DNA of 64,000 bases from Chiloscyllium plagiosum (taxonomy: Eukaryota). Positions 25,919 to 39,680 of the stretch are shown here, piece after piece. Within the stretch, counting starts at the first letter, position 1, and the number at the start of each line of letters is the position of its first letter. A program made the position numbers and the translations under genes. The DNA lies in the NCBI RefSeq assembly GCF_004010195.1, contig NC_057719.1, positions 55,334,374-55,398,373 of the forward strand, written 5' to 3'. The notes under the pieces are model-generated. The model saw nothing but the letters and a program-made list of their open reading frames with translations, was not told the DNA's origin and ran no database searches.

Positions 25919-28739
25919 CTGGGCATTGCATTGGCCTGGGTTTGACCACTGATAGATGCCCATACTGAGAGAAAGTGATGACTAGTTTAACAAAATTCTG
26001 CAGTTTTAGCTTGTTTGGCCACCTGCTGCAAGAAACGTTTGCTGCCAGAGTCAACAGCTGAAGAATGCAGCCAGTATGAGATGTAAATTGAGACCAGTAG
26101 ACTTTTGGACTGCTCTATAAAATGAGCATTTCATTTCCATGGGTACATTTTCACACTCCATAAATTGCTACCCTTTTAGGAGAGAAAAAGAAAATGGACT
26201 ATTCATCATTTTATACAATTTGGTAGTAGGAATTATTCAAGAGTTAGAAGAGCAGAAGTAGAAGAGAAAACAATTCTGAAGAGGTGGAGGATTAGAGTTT
26301 AGGCTGATTGTTAAAGTCGATTCTTACTGCCACTGATTTATAAAAAAATCCTTATAACATCAATAGGAGTGTTCCTGCAGGATTGATATGATAATCAACC
26401 TTCTCAAACTCAGGAATTGCTCAGCTGGAGACTTGATGTTTTACATTTGTGAGAAAATCTCAAGTTGATAGTCTCAAATCTGAGTGTGCTCCCTCCCACT
26501 GTTCTGGTAAAACTATATTCCAATTCTGAAAAGCAATTTTTTGTGTCATGTGGAAAACAAATTCTAAACCAAATAATACCTCACTCGATGCAACTCAATC
26601 AGTTTGGACATGTTTGGGTTTTTTTAAAAATCCCTTTAAACTTTAAAATTCCTGAAAGGTTGGAGTCTATTATTCATTCATAGATGGTAGAATCGGTCAT
26701 TAATTGCATCCCATATGGAAACACTCTAGAGTTAGATAAATGTTTATGTGCAATTTTAAAAATAACTTATTATGTTGATTTCTCTGAAGAGAAGTTTGTG
26801 ATAATCATAAACATTTCACAAATATATGATACAATAGAATGAACTATTCATCTTTAAAATAACTTGTCAACAAATCATATAAACTAATCACTTGTTGCTC
26901 ATAAACAATTACTAAAACGCTGCTCTTTTTATTTGTTTGTGAGATGAGAACAAGGTCAGCATTTATTGCCCATTCATGATTGACTGTGAGAAGCTTGCAG
27001 TGCTTTCTAGTATTGAACTGTTCTGGTCCACCTGGTGGGCTCATGGACTTAGATCACATGAAAGTGAAGGAATAGTGATAGTTTTACTTGATGACGGTGT
27101 GCATTTTGAAGGAGAACTTGCCCTGTCTTTCTAGCTCAAGAAGTTACACATTTGGAAGACGCCGTGGTGATAACTATAGATGGATGTATAGGTTGTTATA
27201 CCTGCTTAATTGCTGTTTGTTTAAAAACATAATTTCAAAATGAATAAAACTGGGAAATTTCTCAGGTTGACTGTTCTGGTTGTTTCTGTTTCAGGAGTAG
27301 ATGCTAGACATACTTTTATCTGCCTACTCAAAATATACACATGATGCTCTACTGCAACAACAGCAACTGAATTTGTTTTCCAGTAATTGGGACTTTTGAT
27401 GAAACTGGGGAGGTGGGAAGTAAGCTGGTCATTGATTCTATTGGATGCCATGAATTAAGGGCCAAGTTATGGGCAGCAGGGAGAAAACTTAGCAGCATTG
27501 CTGTTTGAAGGAAGTATTGAGATTATTAACACGGACACTACATCAGTTAACATACACCTGACTGGAATTAAAACCTGTTCTCTGAATTTATCATGTGGCA
27601 TACAGAGGTCACATGTCATCAGAAACCTGACAAGTGGCAATTTCCATCTGAAGGCTCAGTCTCTGTGGGGAAAGTCTGTCCTTCTGCGACTGCCTTCCAT
27701 TACAATTCAAACTTCCATTAACAGAAAACAGGAAACCAGCGAATATGCTAGGGCCGCTTCGTTGAGTGGCAAAGCTGTGTAGGAGGTAGACAATTCTGAG
27801 GAGTTGAGGGTCAGAGCTGTAACAGGGAAGAGCAGACCAGAGAAGGTGAAGGTCAACAGCTGGATAGTGCATTGATGGGCAGCAGTGAATGGGGAAAGTG
27901 ACATCCAAGGGTGAGACTTATTCTCCCAATCTTCCTTGACCTAAGAGCAATGGCAGTCAAGTACAGAGGCTGGGTACACCAGACCTGACAACCAACTACA
28001 CTGGTGCAGGACCAGCAAGAGGTACAGTTTATGGCTGGACAGCTACACCTAGCTACAATGGGGAACTCTCTCTCAAAGGAGAAAGTCTGAAGATGGCTGT
28101 ATTCTAGAGAATTAGAAATTGAATTGATCATCTGCAGATACTGAAGTACTGATGTGAGAGAAGATTCCACCTTTCCAGGGAGACAGTCACTAACAACTGT
28201 GAGATGCTGCAGGGTTGCCCAGAATTGGGAACAGCTGCACCATGAATGTCCATTATGCTGAATATCATTGTCATATTGCATTTCTGTAATACCCACCTCT
28301 GTGGAAGCATCACAGGGGTCATGTCTATTCCAGGAAAATGTAGATTGCTGCACTTTCAAAAGAAGTCTGGAGAGTTTGTACAATGCTGGATAATGTGGGC
28401 TGTGCCGGCAGTCAGAAAGTCTGCAGGATGAGGCAATGTTTATGATATCCCTCATAAGATAAAGTGGAAGTGAGTATTGTGGTATTGAGAAATCCAACAG
28501 ATGTTTATTACAGCTCACTAGCATTCTCAACCATTATATTCTTAGGCACACCAACGTGTGGGTTAACATCAAACTGTTAGATTACAACAGAGCAGTATGC
28601 TTCAAGTGATCCAAGGTAAGCTGGGAAATAATGCATTGATATCATTAGGTCGCATGCTATGATACAATGACAATATCACAAGCATATTTCTTAAAGGTAT
28701 ACTGACCGTGAGATATAACACAACATCACATTTACTCAG

Positions 28740-29250
28740 ATTGCCAGTCTTTGTCACCATTACTGGCTTTCCAATAGTACAGGATGCAATAGATTACTCA
28801 TATGTGGCTATCAGACCTCTTTGGTCATGCTTGAAACCTTCACCAAAAGGAAGACCTTCCACTCGATAAACATTCAGGTGTCCAGCAACCAATGAAATTC
28901 CATCCTGCAGGTGTATATCCCCAGGAAGCACTCATGATGCCTATAGACACTCACAGCTGCTGCAGTTGTTTGAGCCATTCACATATCTCCATAAATGGAC
29001 CCCAGTGACAGGGGGAACCACAGGTCAACCCAGGCCACCACTGAACATACAACAGACTTACTGAAGATGCAATCCTATCATCTGGACCATTCTGGAGGAG
29101 CTCTGAAGATGACAGGAATTATTATTGTCCACTGTGCTCTTCAAAACCTAATGCTTCAGAGGGCGAAGACCTTGCACCCACAGAATTTGGCAAAAGCTCA
29201 CTCTTCTTCAAATGAGGAGGATGTGGAGGAGGGCAGTGAGGAAACAGGCT
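28740..29250 (+). pseudogene. Decayed Harbinger/PIF (HARBI1-like DDE) transposase
   Basis: 28765 GFPIVQDAIDYSYVAIR (cf. GFP..GAIDCTH); 28848 RKTFHSINIQV; then LLKMQSYHLDHSGGAL…IIVHCALQN and an acidic tail EEDVEE. Frameshifted. Confidence 0.8.
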
Positions 29251-30523
29251 AGGACCAGCACCAGAAGCCAGAGCCTAAGCCTTACAGCCAAGCTAGTTCA
29301 TGGCAATTGCATTCACTACTGCTTCCATTAGGCACAATGTACCTGGGGTATGCTGCTACAGATGATCCACAGATCACATCTTCCCTACTTTTGATCAGAT
29401 ATATCAATTTGCAGTATCCATCAACCAGCATCTCCAGGCCCAGTGCCACATAAGTGACATAGTCACACTCTGCCTTCATCCTGAAAAACAGGTAAATCAG
29501 AGCCAATATTCCAGTTATTTGGAATCTCCTAAACACGCAGCAGTGAGCTTAAGAGAGGGCTGGGGCAGGGCCAAGAGTTAACCATGCAACTGCCAGAGCT
29601 CAAGCAGATACACAGAAAGCTGTTATACAAAATGCAGATGTGATTGGAGTATGGGATTGGGACTGTGGTGGAAATAAGAGAATCTATTTGGAGAAGAGCC
29701 TATTGAAGTGCACTGCCAGGTGATTCAACAAGCATTTGTAGTTTAGTTACAGCCTATTAAATACAATAACCCTTTGTATGAGGTGATCCTGACAGGCATT
29801 CTATACCTTCCTGAGGCATGAAAGGCTCTGACAAGCTGAGGGGCTCTTGCACAAGTGTATACTAGAGGCCATCTAATCACTGCCAGGGGAGGTGAGGAGT
29901 TCCTGTCCACAATGCAGTGTCTTGAAAGGAGCTCCCATGAATGCTGAACTGCAGTTTCTCTTCCCTCTCAGTGCACAATGGGAACCCGCTCATCACCTAT
30001 CGGAGATGGAGGGTCATTTGGAGGAGAATTCAGGTGCACTCTCACTTAGCCACCACTGACCAAAACTCATGGCCAAACGGATATATTCCCAGCAGCTTCA
30101 AAGTGATTAAATTGATCTGAATCTCCACATGGCCACCCATCTCTCCTTGCAAGAATCCATGTCGCCTTACACAAGTGATTCAGCAGAACTCATGACTTGG
30201 GTAGACTACTCATCCTTCCATGATGATATGTAGCCTCTAGCAACTCTGTTAGATGTTCCTCTGTTCTACATTGCAACACAAGCAAAGTGAACGTGCCTGA
30301 CACTGAAAGCCCATTATCAGGCAGGATGGGCCCTCAGCACCAAAGCTATAGCTGTAAGACAGCTTTATTTTGTTTTCTTCTTTTTATTCATTCGTAGTAT
30401 TTGGGTGTCCCTGGATATGTCAGTCTCTAATTGACATGGAGAATGTGGTGGTGGTTTACTGACTTAGTGAACTGCTGTAGTTCTTGTTGTATAAGGACAC
30501 ACTCAGTGCTGTTAGAAACAGAG

Positions 30524-31198
30524 TGTTATGATATGGGGTAAACCCCTCTGCTAATTTAAAGCCAGCAGCACAGAAAAGATTTATCCTGTGCAGTTACCTG
30601 CGAAAGCTCAAGAGGCCAAGAACTATTTAAAGTAAAAGTTAACAACTTTATTTCTTAAAGTAAAACAGAGAATAATTAACTAACAACTATTTACAACTTC
30701 TTCCTCTATCCTATCTTTTACCTTCCCGTTCTATAATACTAGTCCAATAAAACTCCTGATTACGATTTACAAAATAAAATTTATCTCAAAACCAGGCAGC
30801 TTTCAGTTCTACTCTGTATTTCTGTCTTCTTTTCTTGTTCTTACCAGGTTACTGATCAATAAAGGTAACTTTAAGAGAGCTATTCTCTGGGCAGTTTGCA
30901 GATGCTGGATTGGTAGTTCTCCTCTCAACTGTTCAATTTTCCCCAATCTTATACCCCCAAAGCATCGGATTGTGTCATTGACTTTTAAGATTGTCAGCAT
31001 ACTAAATTCAAATTGATTGTAGTTTGGTATTTTCGGAGTATGATTTAAACTGATTGGCCAAATTCAAATTTGTTTTTGTCTCATAGCAACTCAGCCAGTG
31101 CTATCTGTTCTGAACCAAATGTTACATTTGGCACTCAGTGTGCTTGCCAACTCCTTCACTCTCTTAAAGGTACACTATACTTCCACACCTTCATAACA
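30524..31198. mobile_element. Solo LTR (675 bp)
   Basis: Starts TGTTATGA and ends TCATAACA (8-bp terminal inverted repeat, TG…CA). 5-bp TSD cagag at 30519-30523 and 31199-31203. Confidence 0.85.
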
Positions 31199-31204
31199 CA
31201 GAGC

Positions 31205-32820
31205 AACATAGAAACTAGCAGCAGAAATAGGGAACGAAGCTCATGCGGCCTGTTCACAGTTCAGTATGATCATGGCTGATCCTATATCTTAACACTATAT
31301 TCCATCTTTCTCTCCACACCCCTTGACGCCTTTAATATTTGAAACTTTATAAATCTGTCTCATGATGAACTCAGTCATCGGTCTCCTTCTGTGGTAGCAA
31401 ATTCCATAGGTTGACCACCTTTTGATTGAAGAAATGTTTAATAATTTCAGAACTAAATGGCCTAGCCCATAATCCTGAGACTGTGACTCCAGTTAGGGGA
31501 AATATTCTTCCTGCACGTATAAAGATCTAACAGGGCAGAACAAACTTTCTTTCAATCAGATTATACAGGTACATAGATAGGAAAGGTTTAGAGGGATATG
31601 AGCCAAACCCAGGCAAATTTCTGGTTCAATTTCGGAAACCTGGATGGCTGGAACAAGTTGGGGGAAGAGCCTGTTTCCATTCTATATGACTCAATGACTC
31701 CAGATCCCCTCTCATTCTCCTAAACTCTGGTGAATATGGGCCCAGATGAAATCAATAGCACTTTAGTTAGGCCACACATGGAATATTGCATACAGTTCTG
31801 GTCACCACATGACCAGAAGGATATGGATGATTTGGAGAACATATAGGAAAGGTTTACCAGGTTGTAGCCTAGTATAGGGAATTTCAGCTATGAAGGAAGG
31901 TTACATTGACAGTTTTTGCTGGAACACAAAATGTTGAAGGGTGACCTGATAGTTTATATGATTGTGAATGGCAATGGATAGAATAGAAAGGATGAGGCTT
32001 TTTTTCCCAAGATGGAGAGGTCAATTAGTGTGTGTGCTTTTTTTGGGGGGGAGGAGTTTAAAAGAGATATGTGAGGCAGATTTTTCACACAGAAGGGTTG
32101 TGGGTGCCTGGAACATGCTGCCAAAGGAGAGGGTAGAAGCAGACACAATAGCAGTGCTTTTTTTGGGGGGGAGGAGTTTAAAAGAGATATGTGAGGCAGA
32201 TTTTTCACATAGAAGGGTTGTGGATGCCTGGAACATGCTGCCAAAGGAGAGGGTAGAAGCAGACACAATAGCAGCATTCAAGAAACACCTGGACGAATAC
32301 ATAATAGGAAGGGAATAGAGGAATATGGATCCTGTAAGTGAAAACAGCTTTAGTATGGAAGGGCAGAATGCGTCAATGCAGGCTTGGAGGGTCAAACGGC
32401 CTGTTCCTGTGCTGCACTGTTCTTTGATCTTTGTTCTGTGTTCAATCTCTCCGCTTAAGACAGATCTGCCATCTACGGTATCAGACTATCAGACCTTCAG
32501 TCCACTCCCTCTATGGCAAGTATATATTTTCTTGATTAGGGAGACCGAAACTACATTCAACACTAAAGGTATGGTCTCACCAAGGCCCTGTATAACTGCA
32601 GTAAGACATCCCTACTTCTGGACCCAAATCCTGTTGCATGAAGGACAACATACCATTTGTTTTCCTAATACCTTGCTGCACCTGCCTGTTACTTTCATTG
32701 ATCGGTGTACAAGAACACACAGATAACTTTGCACATACACATTTCCCAATCTGTCACCATTTAAATAATACTCTGCCTTTCTGTTTTTCATTCTGAAGTG
32801 CATCAATTGCCATTCACTCA
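31205..32820. mobile_element. Nested CR1 fragments: old minus-strand copy interrupted by plus-strand 3' ends (~31565-31700, ~31755-32440)
   Basis: Plus strand: RPHMEYCIQFWSP-like and FSHRRVVGAWNML…AFKKHLDEY. Minus strand: MHFRMKNRKAEYYLNG…VLVHRSMKV (32612-32821). Confidence 0.75.
32034..32273 (+). repeat. 120-bp tandem duplication inside a CR1 3' region
   Basis: 32034-32153 and 32154-32273 differ at 2 positions. Confidence 0.92.
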
Positions 32821-32924
32821 CATTGTACTGTGTAATAATACTGTGCCTTTAAGAGAAATTTGTTGAGTGCTGTTTCTCTTACACAGTGGTCTTGCCACTG
32901 TGTTGTTGGAATGCCTGGGACCAG

Positions 32925-33205
32925 AAGTAACTCAGTGGATAACACTGCTACCTCCCAATGCCTGGGACCTAGGTTTGATTCCAGTCTCAGGTGACTGTGT
33001 GGAGTTTGCCCATCCTCCCTGTGTCTGTGTGGGTTTCCTCCCACAGTCTAAAGATGTGCAGGTTAGGTGGATTGGCCATGTTAAATTGCCCATAGTGCTC
33101 AAGGATGCCCAGGCTAGGTGGGTTAACCATGGTAAATACAGGGATGGGGGAGGTCTGGGTGGGATACGGGGTCGGTGTGAACTCAATGGGCTGAAGGGCA
33201 TGCTT
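32925..33205 (+). mobile_element. HE1-like tRNA-derived V-SINE (decayed)
   Basis: Colinear with the SINE at 45226-45556 (…ctcagtgg…gtgactgtgtggagtttg…aagatgtgcaggttagg…). Confidence 0.75.
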
Positions 33206-34128
33206 CTAGGTTCCAAGTCAGCATGCACAGACAATTCAAGCAAGGAAACTAAGTTGTTTTGATAATGATTATGCTGAGAAGTAGTATATAGATGCAAATT
33301 AGGTGGGAAGAATAGTTTCTTGGGGATACCAAAAGTAATGTAGAGTTGTTATTTTGAGAAGAAGAGTGATGGTGGTAGATTAGGAAATAGGGACAGCAAC
33401 TGAAGAGTCAAGGTCCGTAACAATAATGACTAATATTGGATTGATCAGAGATGTTGGCCCAATCAATCCCCATAGATACAGTTGAGTTACCCACTGCTGC
33501 CAAACAGACCATTCATGCTGATTCTGACACACTTCTGGCCAAATATTAATGCATCCTTGTCATGTCTTGTCCTCCGAGATTGGGAAGATTTATGCTAATG
33601 TGTCTTCACAAATGTGGCAAAAGAAGCCTGATGATTTAACTCAAGCTGAGAAATTATTTTTGTTTGAGATAATGAGTGAATGCAACTTTTAAATGAATGG
33701 TGTTCTGAATCAAAATCAAAAATATACAAAACAATTACTACAGATGAATATTATCAATGTTTAAAATGGAGAAAAGATTATGTTATGATATAATTTTAAC
33801 CACAGTATTTCTAATTAAGTTTCATTATGAATAATTAGCTCTCCAGAGATTAAGAGTAGAACCTGCAACACGTAGTTAATACTTCTTTCAAAACAAATAC
33901 CAGTTGCATCAAGCAAAAGCAATTTTTGGCTAAATTAGTGAATGTATTTAATTATAAGATTAAAACAATTTGAGTAAAAACAAGCAATCAAGCTGAAAAA
34001 AATTGCAATTATAGTTTGAATGGAAGGTAGCGTTAAAATTTATGGTGGAATCACTGTTGGAATGAGATAATGGAATATGCAATGGAAACCAAAATTAATC
34101 TGAATCCATAAACAATAAAATAATATAT

Positions 34129-36380
34129 AGAACATAAAACATAAAACATAGAACAGTACAGTGCAGAACAGGCCCTTCGGCCATCAATGTTGCGCCAACC
34201 TGTGAACTATTCTCAGCTTGTCCCCCTGCACTATCCCATCATCATCCATGTGCTTATCCAAGGATTGTTTAAATCGCCCTAATGTGGCTGAATTAACGAC
34301 ATTGGCAGGTAGGGCATTCCACACCCTTACCACTCTCTGAGTAAAGAACCTGCCTATGACATCTGCCTTAAATCTATCACCCTCAATTTGTAGTTATGCC
34401 CCCTCGTACGAGCTGACGTCATCATCTGAGGAAAAAGACTTTCACTGTCTACCCTCTGATCATCTTGCATGTCTCTATCAAATCCCCTCTTAGCCTTCTT
34501 CTTTCCAATGAGAACAGACCCAAGTCTCTCAGCCTTTCCTCATAAGACCTTCCCTCCAGACCAGGCAATACCCTGGTAAATCTCTTTTGCACCTTTTTCA
34601 ATGCTTTCACATCCTACCCGAAATATGGCAACCAAAACTGTACACAATATTCCAAGTGTGGTCGCACTCGCATTTTGTATAGTTGCAGCATGATATTGTG
34701 GCTCCGGAACTTAATCCCTCTACCAATGAAACACAACGTATGCCTTCTTAACAGTACTATCAACCTGGGTGGCAACATTCAGGGATCTATGTACATGGAC
34801 TCCAAGATCACTCTGCACATCCACACTACCAAACATCTTTCCATTGACCCAGTATTCTGCCTTCCTGTTGTTCTTCCCAAAGTGCATCACCTCACATTTA
34901 GCTGCATTGAACTCCATTTGCTACCTCTCAACCCAATTCTGCAATTTATCCAAGTCCCCCTGCAACCTGTAACATTCTTCCAAACTGTCCACTACTCCAC
35001 CAATTTTAGTGTCATCTGCAAATTTACTAATTCATCCACCTATGCCTGCNNNNNNNNNNNNNNNNNNNNNNNNNNNNNNNNNNNNNNNNNNNNNNNNNNN
35101 NNNNNNNNNNNNNNNNNNNNNNNNNNNNNNNNNNNNNNNNNNNNNNNNNNNNNNNNNNNNNNNNNNNNNNNNNNNNNNNNNNNNNNNNNNNNNNNNNNNN
35201 NNNNNNNNNNNNNNNNNNNNNNNNNNNNNNNNNNNNNNNNNNNNNNNNNNNNNNNNNNNNNNNNNNNNNNNNNNNNNNNNNNNNNNNNNNNNNNNNNNNN
35301 NNNNNNNNNNNNNNNNNNNNNNNNNNNNNNNNNNNNNNNNNNNNNNNNNNNNNNNNNNNNNNNNNNNNNNNNNNNNNNNNNNNNNNNNNNNNNNNNNNNN
35401 NNNNNNNNNNNNNNNNNNNNNNNNNNNNNNNNNNNNNNNNNNNNNNNNNNNNNNNNNNNNNNNNNNNNNNNNNNNNNNNNNNNNNNNNNNNNNNNNNNNN
35501 NNNNNNNNNNNNNNNNNNNNNNNNNNNNNNNNNNNNNNNNNNNNNNNNNNNNNNNNNNNNNNNNNNNNNNNNNNNNNNNNNNNNNNNNNNNNNNNNNNNN
35601 NNNNNNNNNNNNNNNNNNNNNNNNNNNNNNNNNNNNNNNAACAAGGGCACAACATTTGCAACCCTCCAGTCCTCTGGTACTAAACCTGTAGACAATGATG
35701 ACTCAAATATCAAAGCCAAAGGCTCTGCTATCTCCTCCCTAGCTTCCCAGAGAATCCTTGGATAAATCCCATCTGACCCAGGGGACTTGTCTATTTTCAC
35801 TCCTTCTAGAATTGATAACACTTGTGCATAACTAACCTCGATCTCTTCTAGTCTAATATCTCGTATCTTATTCTTCTCCTCTACAATACTCTCCTTTTCC
35901 TGAGTGAAAACTGATGAGAAATGTTTGTTTAGCACCTCTCCGATCTCCACAGCGTGCACACACAACTTCCCACTTCTGTCTTTGACTGGCCCTATTCCTA
36001 CCCTACTCATCAGTTTATTCCTCACATACCTATAGAAAGCTTTAGGGTTCTCCTTTACTCTATTTGCTAAAGACTGCTCATGTCCCCTCTTTGTTCTTCT
36101 TAACTCTCTCTTTAAATCCTTCCTAGCTAATCTGTAACTCTCCATCGCCTCATCTAAACCATCTTGTCTCATCAACATATAAGCCTCCTTCTTCCGCTTA
36201 ACAAGAGTTGCAATTTCTGTAGTAAACCACGTTTCCCTTAACTTTTCACTTCCTCCCTGCCTGACAGGGACATACCTATCAAGGACACGCAATATCTGAT
36301 CCTTAAACCAGCTCCACATTTCCATTGTCTGCATCCCCTGCATTTTGCCACCCCATTCTATGTATCCTAATTCTTGCCTA
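34129..36380 (-). mobile_element. CR1 LINE ORF2 3' portion with repeated (TTCTATG)-type tail, spanning a gap
   Basis: Minus ORF …KENPKAFYRYVR…DKSPGSDGIYPRILWEAREEI…PEDWRVANVVPL, then MEFNAAKCEVMHFG. agaacat/aaacat tail at 34129-34155. Confidence 0.93.
35050..35639. other. Assembly gap (N)
   Basis: Run of N. Confidence 1.
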
Positions 36381-38439
36381 AGTTACTTTGTTGCTACAGA
36401 ATAAAAGCAAAATTCAAATGTATATTGGGATACATATTTAATTAATTATCACTAGAACTGGAAAAGCCAACTGTGAACAGAGCAAAGATTACTCTGCAGT
36501 ACTAGCAGATTTTCTTTTAAAATCTATTACTTTTCCTTGTGTAAAATTAGCACTTTGTAAGGACTGTGGGATTAAAGGTCATTTTTGTTTTTTTTTTGAG
36601 GAGTCAAGTTTTGATGGTGGATTTGGAGAGAGGGCAAGTGCCTGAAAACAGGGACTTAACAATGCCAAAAACCCCAAGGATCAGGATGAAAAATTGCAAG
36701 TCTGTAGCTTAGATGAAATAGGGTGAGTGAGTATTGTGTATAATCTCCACAATGTACTACAGTAATGCAACAAGCTTTATTTGAAAACCAGAACCTCCAC
36801 TACCTAGAAGGACAGTAGGCACAGCAAATAATACACACAACAGTGTGCCATTTCGAGAGTTCTTTGCTTGCTTGCTCACCATGTGTTTATTTTGATCTTT
36901 TCTGTCTTTGAAAAAGAATGTCCTGGAATGGGCAGAAAATTCATTGCAGCTTAAAGTCAGGCACAATTTCTTTTGACAATAAGTAATGGTGTATGTACAT
37001 GGTAATGCAGTGTACTTTGTGTATTGGTGCTGCATGAAAAGCAGCAATTTCATGCAAATAGCTTACTTTGTTGCTCAAAACCAAACGATCATTAGAATTC
37101 ACTACAAGTTCTACTGAACCATTTGAGCACAGATCGTGGTTGATTAAGTAATATAGGTCACTCCATACTTGATACATATGTTTTGAAATGATTTGCTGTA
37201 AATTGTGGTTTGTTGGCACACCTTCCATTCTGGTGTACCACATGAACTGAAAATTGTGCTCATCATGTCAACAATAATACTTCTTATATTGGTAGGTTGT
37301 TGAACTAAAGAAATTTAGGGAAATAATCTATCACAAGGATGTGATTTCCACATCTGTTGCTACTTTAATCCAAGAAACATATGTAACACCATGTAAATGC
37401 AGGGGCTAATACATTTGGAATGCCTCAAATGTAGTTGCAAGCACTGGATATCCTGATCCCTTCCTGGCCAGGGCACAGATTAAAGTGTTTAAAGATTAAT
37501 TTAAATTAAATGTTTAAAGCACTGACATTAATCAGCTTCCTGTATTGTTTAATTTTCTCTCTGCTAAAGCTATAGAAATATTTACTAAATGATTGAATCT
37601 TTTGTTTGAGATACAAATCTAGTGTCTGGAAATTAATTATTCACAAAGTTGAAGATTGGTTATTCAAAAATCTGGTTAGGAGCTATTTCAGTGACTATTT
37701 TGGGATTTTCGACAATTTAATTTTATTGTGTTATGAATACAGAGATGGAAAGGCTAATTTGGTTTGGCTGTCTGTTTCCATGTCATAATAAGTGCCTGAG
37801 TTGACACTATAAGGTTATAATACAGGAGCGTATTTCGAGTAACATGTCAGGTTTCAAGTGACTCCCTGGTACAATGGAATATGAGACACTTAGGTTTTTG
37901 TCACAGTGATAACATGATGAGCATTCTCTTATAGATACACTGACATACTGAAAGTGAGACATAATAGCATAGCTTGATCATCAGCACCTTCTCAAAAGCA
38001 ATAGAAATTAGAATCGGGCAATGAATGCTGGCCTAGTCAGTGGCAGCCCTTACCACATGCTGGAACAAAAATTATGCTATTTCCCAGGAAAGAAAGATCA
38101 AGTTAAAATAAAATTAACGCGAAGTTTGTTTTTTATTTCTTTTTTGTTACTATTCAATGCTATGCAATACTAATGTTTCAAGGAGTATTCTCTGGCACGT
38201 TTTTTTAAACAAAAATCGATCAGCTAATTGGATCAGCTAAGGGATGATGTTCGTGCTGTTTGTACCTGATCATATGGTTATAGGCAGCATGATAAATTTG
38301 TCCTGGGAACTCATTAAAATGATTCCAACATGCTGCCAGGCTACCTGTGTTATTCATTAACTATTGTCTGGTTGGGGAATGGGAAAGCAGGTTTTTCTGA
38401 TACCACTTACAGATGGCTGATACCACTTAAAGAATCTCC

Positions 38440-39680
38440 AAATTACAGACCTGTTATTGCACAGAAGGAGGACATTTAGCCCATCATTCCTGCACCATCA
38501 CCTCGTGCCAATCTCCTGTTTCTTCCTCATATTCCTGCACACTAAGTTCTTTAAATAAGCATCTAATGCACTCTTAAATGCTTCAGTTGGACCTGCTTCC
38601 ACCACATTTCCTTGCAATGCATTCCACACCATAACAACTCACAGTATGTAAAACATTTTCCTCACATTATCCTTGCTTTTTTAGTACATTATTTTAAAGC
38701 TGTGCCCTCTCATTCTTTTGTTGTTTTACAAATGGGAACAGCTTCGCGCCATCCACTCTATCCAACTAGCTCATAAATCTGAAAACCTTTATCAAATATC
38801 CTCTCAGCCTTAAACAAAAACAGTAATTGCTGGAGAAACGCAGCCAGTCTGGCAGTATCTGTAGAAAGAAAAAGCAGAATTAATGTTTTGGGTCAAGTGA
38901 CCTTTCTTTGAGGAAAATTGTCCCAATTTCTTCAATCTATCCTCATTGTTTCAGGAACAAGAAACTATCCTTGTCAATCACTTCTACTCTGTCTCTAATG
39001 CATTAACATCTTTCCTATAATGTAGTGCCCACAATTGCACACCACAATCCAGTGGAAATCTATCAGTTATCTAATACAAGTTCAAAATCATCTACTTGCT
39101 GTTGTAATCTATGCCTCTACTGATAAAGTTGAGAACACTGTATACTTTATTATTTGTTCTTTCCACTTGTACTGCTATCTATAATGATCTGCTCACATAT
39201 ATACCAAGTCCCTCTGTGCTTCTTTAGAACTGTATTCCCTATTTTGCTTTAATTCTTCCCACCAAAGTGCATTGCCTCACACTTTTCTGCACTGAACCGT
39301 ATCTGTCATCAACCTACTCACTCCACTGTCAAGGTCCTTTTGGCATTCTATGCTATCCTCCTCAGAATTTACAATTCTTCTAAGTTTTATGCCATCAGCA
39401 AACTTTGAAATTGTCCCCTGACATGAAAATCAAAATCATTAGAGTGTATAAATATATCTCAGGAAAAGCAAGACTGATATTACCAACCCCTGAAGAACTC
39501 ATTATCAACCTTACAGCATTAAAACAATTCATTGACCATTACTCTGCTTCCCATCACTCAATCAATTTTTGTCTACATCGCTCCTGCCCCGTTTGTATCA
39601 TGACAAATTAGTTTCCTCACAAGTCTATTGTGTGGCATTGTATCAAATGCCTTCTGGAAGTCTATGTATGCCACAACAAC
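38440..39680 (-). mobile_element. Old decayed CR1 ORF2/3'UTR, interrupted at ~38812-38910 by a PLE-type terminal fragment
   Basis: Reverse complement shows remnants of KFAD (ccatcagcaaactt), KCEAMHFG and D.QKAFD (tatcaaatgccttctggaagtc). Confidence 0.65.

Noticed and set aside
27853..28530. 225-aa minus-strand ORF
   Set aside because: No recognisable domain, non-ATG start, and it lies within a decayed transposon region. Likely chance.
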